Position numbers and translations under genes: made by a program | In this document: positions 1 to 10,048 of the stretch, one piece after another | Layout of the letters: each line of letters starts with the position of its first letter | Position numbering within the stretch: the stretch's first letter is position 1 | The notes under the pieces: generated by a model | Databases searched by the model: none | Told to the model about the DNA's origin: nothing | The model's input: the letters and a program-made list of their open reading frames with translations, nothing else | Assembly: GCA_964527715.1 (NCBI GenBank) | Contig: CAZGOD010000007.1 | Location: 6,622 to 70,621, forward strand | Length of the DNA stretch: 64,000 nucleotides | Source: an uncultured Thermoplasmatales archaeon | GTDB lineage: Archaea > Thermoplasmatota > E2 > DHVEG-1 | Direction: 5' to 3'

Positions 1-765
1 ACTGAGCCTAACGCAGGCTCTGATGCAGCATCTACTCAGACTACGGCTGTTCTTGAAAAGGATGAATGGGTGATTAACGGTACAAAGCAGTTTATCACCA
101 GTGGGGATATAGCAGATGTTGTAACAGTCATGGCTAAAACTGATAAGGACAAGGGTGCAAAAGGTATCAGCGCGATTATCGTTGAAAAAGATACACCTGG
201 TTTCAAAGTTGGTCAATTAGAGGACAAGCTTGGTCTTCGTGGTAGTCATACTGCTGAGCTTATTTTTGAAAACTGCCATGTTCCTAAAGACAATCTTCTA
301 GGCGAAAAAGACATGGGTTTCGTTGGTGCTATGAATATCCTTGACCGTGGTCGTACTGCTATTGGTGCTATGAGTGTTGGTATTGCTCGTGGTGCTCTGG
401 AGGATAGCATTGAGTATGCGAAGCAGCGTGAACAGTTTGGTAAACCTATTTCCAAGTTTCAAGCTATTCAGTGGAAAATCGCTGATATGGCAACCGAGAT
501 TGATGCTGCTCGTCTTCTTGTTTATCGTGCCGCATTTCTTGAGGATAAAAATCTTCCTTTTTCGAAGGAGGCCTCAATGGCTAAATTGTTTGCTTCTGAG
601 GCGGCTATGCGTGCGACTAGAAACGCTATACAAGTTTTTGGTGGTTATGGTTATACCCGTGAATACCCTGTAGAAAGGTATTTCCGAGATATCAAACTCT
701 GCGAAATTGGTGAGGGTACCTCTGAAGTCCAGCGTATGGTAATATCTAAACGATTAGGACTATAA
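1..765 (+). CDS. Acyl-CoA dehydrogenase (5'-truncated by window edge)
   Basis: Frame is open from base 1 (TEPNAGSDAAS). Contains NGTKQFIT, KLGLRGS, R-x-QFGKPI-x-KFQ, GGYGY and IGEGTSEVQR motifs. Confidence 0.93.
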   Translation, partial: TEPNAGSDAASTQTTAVLEKDEWVINGTKQFITSGDIADVVTVMAKTDKDKGAKGISAIIVEKDTPGFKVGQLEDKLGLRGSHTAELIFENCHVPKDNLLGEKDMGFVGAMNILDRGRTAIGAMSVGIARGALEDSIEYAKQREQFGKPISKFQAIQWKIADMATEIDAARLLVYRAAFLEDKNLPFSKEASMAKLFASEAAMRATRNAIQVFGGYGYTREYPVERYFRDIKLCEIGEGTSEVQRMVISKRLGL

Positions 766-790
766 ACATTAGAATAGTGGGAGGTATAAC

Positions 791-958
791 ATTAGTAGCG
801 AAGATGTAATTGAATTAGATGATGACAACTGGGAGAAAACCGTAGAAAAAGGTGAGAAACCTGTTGTTGTAATGTTTTACTCTGACACCGATCCATATTG
901 TAAAAATGGAGCCATATTTTTATTCTTGTTTCTCAGAGGCTTTTTCTTCGTTTTTTAG
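791..958 (+). pseudogene. Thioredoxin N-terminal fragment, frameshifted and truncated
   Basis: After SD GGGAGGT it reads ISSEDVIELDDDNWEKTVEKGEKPVVVMFYSDTDPYCK. MEPYF continues in a shifted frame, then the sequence runs into the convergent gene at 920. Confidence 0.6.
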
Positions 959-1213
959 TTTTAAATATTTTTGTTTAATTCCCTTTAATTTTAAATCTAG
1001 GTAGTAATCACTCGAAATTACAAAAGAGTGTTTTAGATTGCCATTGTCAAATTCGTTTTTAAATTCATCTCTAACTTTATCGATTATGTTATCCGCTGTT
1101 TTGCTTATAACTAGGTTTACGAAGTCTTCTATGTTAACTTCGGAGGTTTCGTTTTTATTTTCGTACCATTCAAGGGCTTCTTTGAAGATTTTATCTTTCA
1201 TAATTCCCATCAC
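920..1213 (-). CDS. Hypothetical protein
   Basis: 97-aa charged ORF; no family recognised. Confidence 0.6.
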   Translation of the reverse strand: MMGIMKDKIFKEALEWYENKNETSEVNIEDFVNLVISKTADNIIDKVRDEFKNEFDNGNLKHSFVISSDYYLDLKLKGIKQKYLKLKNEEKASEKQE

Positions 1214-1264
1214 TCTTTGCGTTTCCGGTAAACCTATATCTGTTTATAATTTTATCTGAAAGTT

Positions 1265-1876
1265 TTATTCAGAGGCTGTTTTCTCTTTTTTTGGGAAGAT
1301 TTTATAACGAATTGTTAAAAGTGCTCTCAATACCCATTCGACGATGATTATGAAAATGATGAATTGTATAGCTATATTGATAAACTCTGGTAGAGAATTG
1401 ATTTTATCTACTATGTCTTGCCATTCGAAAAATGAAGGGCTGACTAAGAATATGCCAAGTAATGCAAATGGTAACATTTTTGCTACATCCCTAGAAAGAT
1501 CCTCAGTGTAATATGATGTGATCCTAATCGCAAGTACTATAGCAAAAGACGTTGAAAGTACAACTCCGATACCGATATCTCTAGATAGAAACAAAAGCAT
1601 TAATGAGAAACCCATGAAAAAAACAACTGCTACGAATGGAAATAAGAAGAAATATTTCAAAAAACCTATTGCTTTAGAATGCTTACGTTCACTTGGTTTA
1701 AAACAATCTCTACGTGCGACGAACCGGTAAAAAGTATATATTATAATCGAGTAAACAGCGATTAATATTGCTAGATAAAAAACTGATGTGACACCTGAGA
1801 GATCTCCGCTTAGTATCTTATCTAAAGATAAACGCTCAGCAAGTTCAGAAATTTGAGAAAAATCTGGTATACCCAT
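1265..1876 (-). CDS. Hypothetical membrane protein (about 5 TM)
   Basis: Hydrophobic segments, a YYTEDLSRDVAKMLPF stretch, and SD GGAGAG upstream. Confidence 0.8.
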   Translation of the reverse strand: MGIPDFSQISELAERLSLDKILSGDLSGVTSVFYLAILIAVYSIIIYTFYRFVARRDCFKPSERKHSKAIGFLKYFFLFPFVAVVFFMGFSLMLLFLSRDIGIGVVLSTSFAIVLAIRITSYYTEDLSRDVAKMLPFALLGIFLVSPSFFEWQDIVDKINSLPEFINIAIQFIIFIIIVEWVLRALLTIRYKIFPKKEKTASE

Positions 1877-1966
1877 AATTATCTCTCCTCTTTTAGAAAT
1901 CTATAACGTTTATCTATTTATGAAACTTTGCTGATGAGACTTTACTCAAGTAAAAAAAGTTGGTTT

Positions 1967-3883
1967 TTAGAGGCTTCTTTGACCGTTTAGTGGATTTTGT
2001 TGACTGCTTTGCATGTTGACCTGATAATTAACTGGTGTGGTAAGTGATACTGGTATTATACAGTAGTCATTGCTGTCTTCTTTGTTGACTACTTTTACTT
2101 CACCTGTGAACTCCTCGTTTTGTTCATCTGGTGCTACAACAGTTACTTGTACAGTTGTCTGTCCATTTTTTGGTAAGTCATTACCACTTTGGGGAGTAAA
2201 TGTCCATGTCCCCCAGCTTGGCCATGTTTTTACTTCCCAGTCTAGTTCTGAACCTGGTTCACCAATGTTTTTAACAATGAAACTATCTGTTACGGTGCCC
2301 CCTGGTTCCACGTTAGTCCAACTTAGTGTACCGTCACAGTCTAGATCAGGTATGTAGTAGTCATCTGTTATCTTAAACCAGATTTTTGCATTGTTTGCAG
2401 GGTCTGGACCGAATGCACCCCTTGTAACCTTGTAGTCTCCATCATCTGATACATAGTCACCTGTTAACCCGTTTGTTTTGAGATTGTATGTTCCAGTATA
2501 GATTGCTCCTCGTTTATCTTGAGTATTATCGTTTTCCCCGCCACCTGAGTAAGCACTTACATCTGCTAAGTCATCGCCACTTAACACATCATCATCCATG
2601 AGTTTGATAGTAATTTCCACGGTGAAGGAATTAGTGTGGAATGGATGTAATTGTATATCTTGCTGCCCTCCCTCAGGCCATGTATGTTCAGATATCCATT
2701 GCCATATCCACCAGCCGTCTAAATCCCTGTTATAATTATATTGATATCGTGTTTTTCCATCCGATTCAACACCTACGCGATAGTACCATTCAGGTTTGAT
2801 GCCCCCTCTTAAATCGAAAATTGTATCTATCTTCTCAAAATCCCCTAACGCTGGGTCATTAGTTATCTTATGAATTGTTACCTCAACCGTTTTATCTCCA
2901 ACGCTTTCATAATCTATATAGCAGGCAGAGTAACCTATGCTACTGCATCCGTATTCAATACGCATATAGCCACCTTCACCCCAGTATGTTCCCCATGAGT
3001 TACGGAGGAACCAGACACCATCTGTACCCTGGTTGTCATCCCATCCTACAAGTACAACAGCGTGGTTCACCTGTCCACCATCATGATTATTAAAAACACC
3101 ACCATTGTAAGATTGGAAAGCACTGTTTACACGTACAGCAGCTGATACAGGGCCATATTCATAAATTGCTTGTTTAATAGCATCTACACTTGGAACACCA
3201 TGTTCACTACCGATGAAAGCCCAGTTGTCTATTAGATATTCATGTGGATATGGGCAGTTACATGGTGCTTTATATCCTACATAGGGGAAATCATTTTCTA
3301 AAACAGCTCCAGTGTCGCCGCAGGGGTCAGTTTTCCATTGATGGTAATCATGGGCCCACCATCCACCATCACAACCCCATCCATCTCTGTTACAACTAAG
3401 TAGCCACTGTTCTGAGAGATCTTTTTCTACTCCGTCATTAATTAATATGTTACATTCTAATGGTCCAACGGTTCCAAATGCCCAGCAGCTACCACAACTA
3501 CCTTGATTTCTTATAGGTGTACAACCACCTAATTCACGCCAGTCAAACTCATCTGGTAGCCCCTCTACAGGTATGCAAGGATCAAAATAAGCCGCAGTAT
3601 GCCAATTTTCAGGTTCCACTAACCCATATAGCTCATCTAAAGAACGATCTGTAACAGAGTTTTCACCAACTGTGAACGTCCAACCCTCTGTTTCCCCCTG
3701 TTTTTGTAACTCTGCAATATCTACAGCGATGTAGGGATCTGAGGATGTAACTTCTTCATATATCTCAGCGTTTGTGATTTTACCACAGCTACAATCTTCT
3801 ACATCAGCTGATACAAAAACCGTGCTCATTAAAAACAAAACAATCAAAAAACATATAGCTATCTTATTTCCCTTTTTGATCAT
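1967..3883 (-). CDS. Secreted papain-family (C1A) cysteine peptidase with C-terminal accessory domains
   Basis: Signal peptide, LPDEFDWR, QGSCGSCWAF (catalytic Cys), NHAV (His), RNSWG (Asn). Start placed at the ATG after GGAGG. Confidence 0.93.
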   Translation of the reverse strand: MIKKGNKIAICFLIVLFLMSTVFVSADVEDCSCGKITNAEIYEEVTSSDPYIAVDIAELQKQGETEGWTFTVGENSVTDRSLDELYGLVEPENWHTAAYFDPCIPVEGLPDEFDWRELGGCTPIRNQGSCGSCWAFGTVGPLECNILINDGVEKDLSEQWLLSCNRDGWGCDGGWWAHDYHQWKTDPCGDTGAVLENDFPYVGYKAPCNCPYPHEYLIDNWAFIGSEHGVPSVDAIKQAIYEYGPVSAAVRVNSAFQSYNGGVFNNHDGGQVNHAVVLVGWDDNQGTDGVWFLRNSWGTYWGEGGYMRIEYGCSSIGYSACYIDYESVGDKTVEVTIHKITNDPALGDFEKIDTIFDLRGGIKPEWYYRVGVESDGKTRYQYNYNRDLDGWWIWQWISEHTWPEGGQQDIQLHPFHTNSFTVEITIKLMDDDVLSGDDLADVSAYSGGGENDNTQDKRGAIYTGTYNLKTNGLTGDYVSDDGDYKVTRGAFGPDPANNAKIWFKITDDYYIPDLDCDGTLSWTNVEPGGTVTDSFIVKNIGEPGSELDWEVKTWPSWGTWTFTPQSGNDLPKNGQTTVQVTVVAPDEQNEEFTGEVKVVNKEDSNDYCIIPVSLTTPVNYQVNMQSSQQNPLNGQRSL

Positions 3884-3983
3884 AATTATGCCTCCCATTA
3901 AAGTATTCTAATACTATAGTTAGACTTAAATCTTTTCTGAAAAATAGGAGAAATAAAAAGAATACGTTTTTTTGATGTTTTTT

Positions 3984-5591
3984 TTACATCCTGAAAACAC
4001 CAGGCTTCCAATCAGGTATCGGAGCATTCAATGAAGCAGATATACCAAGCCCTAGTACCATCCTAGTATCTACTGGGTCAATAATTCCATCATCCCATAT
4101 TCTTGCTGTGCTATAGTACGGGTTTCCCTCAGTTTCATATTTTTTCAAAATTGGTTCAGTAATTGCTTTTTCTTCTGCTTTAGTGAGTGCCTTTCCTTTC
4201 CTCCACAACTGGTCACGTTTAACAGTTAAAAGAACATTCGCAGCTTGTTCACCACCCATAACACTAATACGTGCGTTTGGCCACATCCATAGTTGTCTTG
4301 GTTGATATGCCCTACCGCACATGCCATAGTTTCCAGCTCCAAATGATCCACCAATTATTACAGTAAAACGTGGTACGTTAGCAGTTGCTACAGCGTTTAC
4401 CATTTTAGCACCATCTTTTGCTATACCACCTGCTTCGTATTTTCTACCAACCATGAAACCAGTGATGTTCTGTAGGAAAACTAGTGGTATTTTACGTTGA
4501 CAGCAAATCTCAATGAAATGTGTACCTTTTATCGCGGATTCAGAAAACAATACACCATTATTTGCCAGTATACCAATAGGGTAACCCATGATATGTGCGA
4601 ACCCGCAGACAATTGTTTGACCATAGAGTGCTTTGAATTCGTGGAATTTTGAACCATCAACTATTCTTGCTATTATTTCTTTTACCTCAAATGCTTTCCG
4701 TGAATTCATTGATATGACACCATAGATTTCTTTGATGTCATATGCGGGTTCCTCAGGTTTTTTAATGTCGAGATGTGTTTTCTCCGGTCGGTTAAGGTTT
4801 TCTACGATATTCCTTGTTATCTGTATTGCTTCTGTATCGTTATGTGCATAGTGATCTGATACGCCGCTCTCTCGGCAGTGAACGTCTGCTCCTCCTAGGT
4901 TTTCTGCGGTTACTTTTTCCCCTGTTGCTGCTTTGACAAGTGGTGGTCCAGCAAGGAAAATAGTACCTGTTCCTTTGACGATGACTGTTTCATCTGACAT
5001 AGCTGGGACGTATGCTCCACCAGCTGTACATGATCCCATAACCGCAGATATCTGAGGTATACTCATAGATGACATTACAGCTTGGTTGTAGAAAATTCTC
5101 CCAAAATGTTCTCGATCGGGGAATACTTCATCTTGCATTGGTAAGAATGCACCACCTGAGTCAACTAAGTAGATGCATGGTAGGTTATTTTCCATAGCTG
5201 TTTCTTGTGCTCGTAAATGTTTTTTTACAGTCATGGGGTAATATGTTCCACCTGTGACTGTGGCATCATTTGCAACGATTACTACTTCACGTCCATGTAT
5301 TAGACCTATACCTGTTACTATACCCGCGCAGGGGGCTTTATCATTGTACATGCCGAAACCTGCGAGAGTGTTAAACTCCATGAATGGCGTATCGGGGTCA
5401 ATGAGTGCATCTATTCGTTCTCTTGCGAGCATTTTATTTCGTGATTTATGAATTTTGATTTTCTCTTTTCCCCCGCCCTTTTGTGCAACTGAGATTTTTT
5501 CCTTAAGATCTTTAACTAGTTTCTCATAGTGTTTAAAATTATCTTTGTAACTCTTGCTTGAGGTATCAATATTACTCTCAATGGCTTCCAT
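3984..5591 (-). CDS. mccB: 3-methylcrotonyl-CoA carboxylase carboxyltransferase (beta) subunit
   Basis: [53 protein letters not shown]. Confidence 0.9.
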   Translation of the reverse strand: MEAIESNIDTSSKSYKDNFKHYEKLVKDLKEKISVAQKGGGKEKIKIHKSRNKMLARERIDALIDPDTPFMEFNTLAGFGMYNDKAPCAGIVTGIGLIHGREVVIVANDATVTGGTYYPMTVKKHLRAQETAMENNLPCIYLVDSGGAFLPMQDEVFPDREHFGRIFYNQAVMSSMSIPQISAVMGSCTAGGAYVPAMSDETVIVKGTGTIFLAGPPLVKAATGEKVTAENLGGADVHCRESGVSDHYAHNDTEAIQITRNIVENLNRPEKTHLDIKKPEEPAYDIKEIYGVISMNSRKAFEVKEIIARIVDGSKFHEFKALYGQTIVCGFAHIMGYPIGILANNGVLFSESAIKGTHFIEICCQRKIPLVFLQNITGFMVGRKYEAGGIAKDGAKMVNAVATANVPRFTVIIGGSFGAGNYGMCGRAYQPRQLWMWPNARISVMGGEQAANVLLTVKRDQLWRKGKALTKAEEKAITEPILKKYETEGNPYYSTARIWDDGIIDPVDTRMVLGLGISASLNAPIPDWKPGVFRM

Positions 5592-5604
5592 AACTCTAAC
5601 CTCT

Positions 5605-6099
5605 TTATTTTTTAATGAGCTCTAAGGTGGTTTCACCAATTTCAATTTGTTCTTTTTCTTTAAAATTAACTTTTTTAACTTTCCCATTAAATGGAGCACG
5701 TATGAGGTATTCCATTTTCATAGCCTCAATTACCATAAGGACATCTCCTTTTTTGACTTTGTCTCCATTTTTTACTTTTACATTAACAACTTTACCAGAG
5801 ATCGGGGAGCTAAGGTCTCCTTCTTCTTTTTTACCTTTTCCAGTTGTTTTTCTACCTGTTAACTCTACGGGTTTAACTTTAAAGACATTTCCGTCTACGA
5901 ATACATATTTTTCTTTTTCTCCTTCAGTTATCACGGATTTTATTATACGGTCTCCAAGTTTTATTTTAAGATAACCTGGTTTGATTTCCTCTGCTCTAGC
6001 TTTGTATTCTGTGTTGCCGTATGTTATGAAATAATGTTTCTGTCTGCGCTCTATGGTAACGTTGTAAATGTGGTTGTCATGTTCGTAGTTTATAAACAA
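5605..6099 (-). CDS. Biotin carboxyl carrier protein with an N-terminal BT-like domain
   Basis: EAMKM biotinylation motif; lies between the BC and CT genes; TTG start. Confidence 0.9.
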   Translation of the reverse strand: MFINYEHDNHIYNVTIERRQKHYFITYGNTEYKARAEEIKPGYLKIKLGDRIIKSVITEGEKEKYVFVDGNVFKVKPVELTGRKTTGKGKKEEGDLSSPISGKVVNVKVKNGDKVKKGDVLMVIEAMKMEYLIRAPFNGKVKKVNFKEKEQIEIGETTLELIKK

Positions 6100-6105
6100 G
6101 GTTGT

Positions 6106-7605
6106 TCACACTCCTCCTACTCTCCATCTTCCAACGTGTTTCCAGGGTGAGTGCGGGTCTTCTTCTTTGTATCTAACTATTTCCTCTGATTTTGAATGTA
6201 TAGAATCATAGATCGCGAGTGATATTATTGCATCGATGGGTAATCCTTCTTTTTCAATGGTCCAATCTTTGAAATAATTATCAATGAAATGGGTTGTAAT
6301 GTTGCCTTTTTTGAATTCCTCGTATTCAAGGACTTTTTTTAGGAAAGTTATATTTGTGGTAACTCCAAGGACTACGTAATGTGATAGTGCCCATATCATT
6401 TTACTAATGCTTTCCTCCCGGTTTTCGGAGCTTACTACAAGTTTAGCGAGTAATGAATCGTAGTATGGTGTAACCTCCATACCTGTGCATATCCCTGTGT
6501 CATTTCTCACATTTGGGCCAGTTGGTGCTTCAACTTTGTTTAGAGTTCCGATACTGGGTAGAAAACCATTTGATGGATCCTCAGCATAAATACGGCACTC
6601 AATAGCGTGACCACGCTGTGATAAATCTTTTTGTTTAAGACTTAGCTCTGTACCATTAGCGATTCTTAGCTGCCACTTAGCAAGATCAACACCTGTGGTC
6701 ATCTCAGTAATAGGGTGTTCAACCTGTAATCGGGTGTTCATCTCCATGAAATAAAAATTAAGATTACTATCAACCATGAATTCTACGGTACCAGCGTTTG
6801 TGTACCCAACAGCCTCTGCAGCGGCGATAGCTGCTTGCCCCATTTTCTCACGAAGCTGTTTAGTCATCAGTGGTGAAGGTGTCTCCTCAATGATTTTTTG
6901 ATGACGACGTTGAATGGAGCATTCCCTCTCAAAAAGATGAATGGTGTTTCCATGTTCATCTGCGAGAATTTGAAACTCTATATGCTGGGGTTTATCCAAA
7001 TATTTCTCCAGGAAAACAGTGTCATCACCAAAAGATGATTTAGACTCACGTTTAGCTCCCTCAATAGACTCGAGTAGGATATCCTCAGAGTGGACAATTC
7101 TCATACCTTTGCCGCCGCCACCCGCGGCAGCTTTAACTAGTAATGGGAAACCAATCTTTTTTCCCTCTTTCATAAGCGAGTTGTTATCCTGTTTTGGACC
7201 ATGATACCCGGGTATAACAGGTACACCTGCTTTTTCCATGGTTTTTTTAGCAGCAATTTTGTCTCCCATCAGGCTAATAACCTTAGATGATGGACCTATG
7301 AATTTTATACCTACATCATTACAAGTCTCAGCGAAATCAGGGTTCTCAGCGAGAAACCCGTAACCTGGGTGAATACCCTCAGCACCAACGTCTTGTGCAG
7401 ATTTTATAATCTTAGGAATGTTAAGATAACTCTCAATAGGTGCTGGATCACCTAGGTTAACTATTTCATCAGCTAGTTGAACATGAGGCGCATCCTTATC
7501 GACATCTGAATAAACTGCTACGGTTTTAATACCCATCTCCTGACAGGCTTTTATGATTCTAACCGCTATTTCCCCACGATTTGCTATAAGGATTTTTTTA
7601 AACAA
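6106..7605 (-). CDS. accC: Biotin carboxylase subunit
   Basis: KILIANRGEIA, HPGYGFLAEN, GGGGKGMR, ERECSIQRRHQK, EMNTRLQVEHP. Confidence 0.93.
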   Translation of the reverse strand: MFKKILIANRGEIAVRIIKACQEMGIKTVAVYSDVDKDAPHVQLADEIVNLGDPAPIESYLNIPKIIKSAQDVGAEGIHPGYGFLAENPDFAETCNDVGIKFIGPSSKVISLMGDKIAAKKTMEKAGVPVIPGYHGPKQDNNSLMKEGKKIGFPLLVKAAAGGGGKGMRIVHSEDILLESIEGAKRESKSSFGDDTVFLEKYLDKPQHIEFQILADEHGNTIHLFERECSIQRRHQKIIEETPSPLMTKQLREKMGQAAIAAAEAVGYTNAGTVEFMVDSNLNFYFMEMNTRLQVEHPITEMTTGVDLAKWQLRIANGTELSLKQKDLSQRGHAIECRIYAEDPSNGFLPSIGTLNKVEAPTGPNVRNDTGICTGMEVTPYYDSLLAKLVVSSENREESISKMIWALSHYVVLGVTTNITFLKKVLEYEEFKKGNITTHFIDNYFKDWTIEKEGLPIDAIISLAIYDSIHSKSEEIVRYKEEDPHSPWKHVGRWRVGGV

Positions 7606-7608
7606 AAC

Positions 7609-8391
7609 TTACCCACTCCATTTTGTTCTTCTTTTGCTAAGAAACGCGTTTATACCCTCTTGCCCCTCCTCTGATACTCTTAGTTCAGATATTTTTTCAA
7701 CTGTGTGTTCTTTGTATTTTTTAATATCATTTTTTTCATATTTTTCAACTAGTTTTTTTACTTCTTTTATAGCTTTAGGTCCAGACGAACGGAGTAGTTC
7801 AACATATTCCTGTATTTTTTTATCTAACTCGTTTTCTGGTACAACGTAATCAATGAGCCCTATCTCTTTTGCATATTCTGAGGTAAATCTTTCACCTGTT
7901 AAGAACAATCGTCTCATATTGGAAAGAGTGATTCGTCTAGCTACATAGGTTGATATAACTGCAGGTATAATCCCGAGTTTTACTTCACTAAACGCGAATT
8001 TGCAATTTGGAATTGCTATGGCTATATCACAAACTGCGAAAAGTCCCAATCCTCCTCCGAAAGCATGGCCGTTAACCTTTACTATTACTGGTTTAGAGCA
8101 ACTGTATATAGTTTCATATAAATCAAGTAAAAGCTGACTGTCTTTGATGTTTTCTTCCTTTGAATGTTTCACCATGCTTTTCATCCAGTTAAGATCTGCT
8201 CCTGCACAGAATGATTTACCATTCCCTGTGAGTATTATGATTCTTGTTTTCTCGTCTTTATTTAGTTCTTTAAAACAACTGGTGAGTTCTTTCATGAGTT
8301 CTTCGTTCATAGCGTTGTGTGCCTCTGGCCGGTTAAGAATAACTGTTACAACGTCTTTTTCTTGGTGTATGTCTAAGTTTTTGTAATTCAT
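7609..8391 (-). CDS. liuC: Enoyl-CoA hydratase, probably methylglutaconyl-CoA hydratase
   Basis: FCAGADLNWMK and FSEVKLGIIPAVIS; first gene of the MCC operon. Confidence 0.8.
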   Translation of the reverse strand: MNYKNLDIHQEKDVVTVILNRPEAHNAMNEELMKELTSCFKELNKDEKTRIIILTGNGKSFCAGADLNWMKSMVKHSKEENIKDSQLLLDLYETIYSCSKPVIVKVNGHAFGGGLGLFAVCDIAIAIPNCKFAFSEVKLGIIPAVISTYVARRITLSNMRRLFLTGERFTSEYAKEIGLIDYVVPENELDKKIQEYVELLRSSGPKAIKEVKKLVEKYEKNDIKKYKEHTVEKISELRVSEEGQEGINAFLSKRRTKWSG

Positions 8392-8499
8392 TTTTTGCTC
8401 CCCCAAACGAGTTGATTGATCTTTTTGTATCTTACGCTGCCGATGTTAGGCGGAATAGATAAATCTTTCTAAAGTTTTTTCAACATTTGTCGAAAAAGA

Positions 8500-9282
8500 T
8501 CATTTCCCCTTAAAAACAGGTTTTCTTTTTTCAACGAAAGCTGTTACTCCTTCTTTGAAATCCATTGATGCAGCTGAATCGGCGGCTGTTCTACTTTCAA
8601 GATCAAGATGTGTAATCATATCGTTATCTAGACTTTTGTTGATTAACATCTTTGCTTTTCCCACTGCGATTGGTGGTAGTTTCTTAAATTTTGATACGAA
8701 CTCTTCAACAGTTTTGTCTAATTCATCTGATTTGACTACTTTGTTCACGATTCCTAATTCTTCTGCTTTTTCAGCTGTAAATGTCTTCGAGGTGAGAATA
8801 TATTCGCATGCTCTCTGATAGCCAGTTAGTTTTGTAAAAAACTGCGTTCCGCAGCCGGGTGCAAGCCCTATTCCAATAAATGCTGTGCCAAATTTTGCTT
8901 CTTTTACTGCTATTATGATGTCACATGCCAATGCTAATGAGAGTCCTGCTCCAAAAGCTGTACCATTTATCGCGCCAATCACTGGTTTTTCCATGTTTCT
9001 CATTTCTAGGACACATTTATGGATCGCTTTTGTAAGATGTATTAGAAATTTGGATTTGTTTTCTGCAGCATGCATTTCTTTAACGTCTCCACCGCCGCAG
9101 AATCCTTTACCAGTTCCTTTGATAACTACTGCTCTAATCTTTGGATTGGGTGTTATATTTTTTAGTACATTGTAGAGTTCTTCCCCTAATTTCATGTCAA
9201 ATGAATTAAGCCTTTCTAGTCTATTAAGGGTGATATATGCAACGTTTTCTTTAGTGTCATATGTTAAAGTTTCGTAGTTCAT
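8500..9282 (-). CDS. Enoyl-CoA hydratase/isomerase family protein (PaaG-like)
   Basis: FCGGGDV, GAGLSLALACD, DFKEGVTAFVEKRKPVFKG. Confidence 0.85.
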   Translation of the reverse strand: MNYETLTYDTKENVAYITLNRLERLNSFDMKLGEELYNVLKNITPNPKIRAVVIKGTGKGFCGGGDVKEMHAAENKSKFLIHLTKAIHKCVLEMRNMEKPVIGAINGTAFGAGLSLALACDIIIAVKEAKFGTAFIGIGLAPGCGTQFFTKLTGYQRACEYILTSKTFTAEKAEELGIVNKVVKSDELDKTVEEFVSKFKKLPPIAVGKAKMLINKSLDNDMITHLDLESRTAADSAASMDFKEGVTAFVEKRKPVFKGK

Positions 9283-9344
9283 AGGTATCAGTCCTTGAGA
9301 ATATGAATTTAAATATAAATGTTTTAGGAAAAACTATTAATAAA

Positions 9345-9376
9345 CAGTTAACCATCCCGGTGGCCGTAGTTTACAA
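9345..9376. promoter_or_regulatory. BirA operator upstream of bioY-birA
   Basis: GTTAAC(9347-9352)-N16-GTTTACAA matches the conserved BirA site TGTtAAC-N14/16-GTTaACA. It lies between a TATA-like element and the bioY SD. Confidence 0.8.
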
Positions 9377-9393
9377 TTGGAGGTATATGGAAT

Positions 9394-10032
9394 ATGAATG
9401 TAACAATGTATATTGATAAATACAAAAATGCAAGATACAACTTTTTTAAATGGAGATACGAAACAAACCTTGTCTACAAATTGATCCTTGCACTTAGTTT
9501 TGCATGTTTAACTGGTTTATTAGCGCAGTTCAGATTTTACCTGCCAAATAACCCTGCTGTTCCAATAACTGGTCAAACATTCGCTGTATTACTCGCTGGT
9601 GTTATTCTTGGGACCTGGGGCGGAATCAGTCAGATAATGTACGTAGGACTAGGCGCTGCAGGTATGCCATGGTTTACAAACTTCCAAGGAGGAATAGGGG
9701 CTCTTACAGGCTCTACAGGTGGATACATCATTGGTTTTATTCTCACAGCTTTTTTCCTAGGATACTTCACAGATAGGTACATACGATCAAGAAATTTCCG
9801 TAACATGCTTCCATTAATGCTCTTTGCAAATTTTGTGTTGATATATATCCCGGGGTTACTGGTTTTATATTACTGGTGGACAACTTTCATAGGTTCAATT
9901 GGAATCGTAGAACTAGTATCGATAGGTATGATACCATTCATCGCAGGGGATATATTGAAAGTAGTTGCAGCAGCAGCTGTTGCAAAGGGAGTGACACCAA
10001 AAACCACATACGGTGCTAAAATAGGCACATAA
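9394..10032 (+). CDS. bioY: Biotin transporter BioY
   Basis: VPITGQTFAVLLAG, YVGLGAAGMPWF, GSTGGYIIGF, PFIAGDILK. Confidence 0.93.
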   Translation: MNVTMYIDKYKNARYNFFKWRYETNLVYKLILALSFACLTGLLAQFRFYLPNNPAVPITGQTFAVLLAGVILGTWGGISQIMYVGLGAAGMPWFTNFQGGIGALTGSTGGYIIGFILTAFFLGYFTDRYIRSRNFRNMLPLMLFANFVLIYIPGLLVLYYWWTTFIGSIGIVELVSIGMIPFIAGDILKVVAAAAVAKGVTPKTTYGAKIGT

Positions 10033-10048
10033 AATATCTTTTCAAAAA

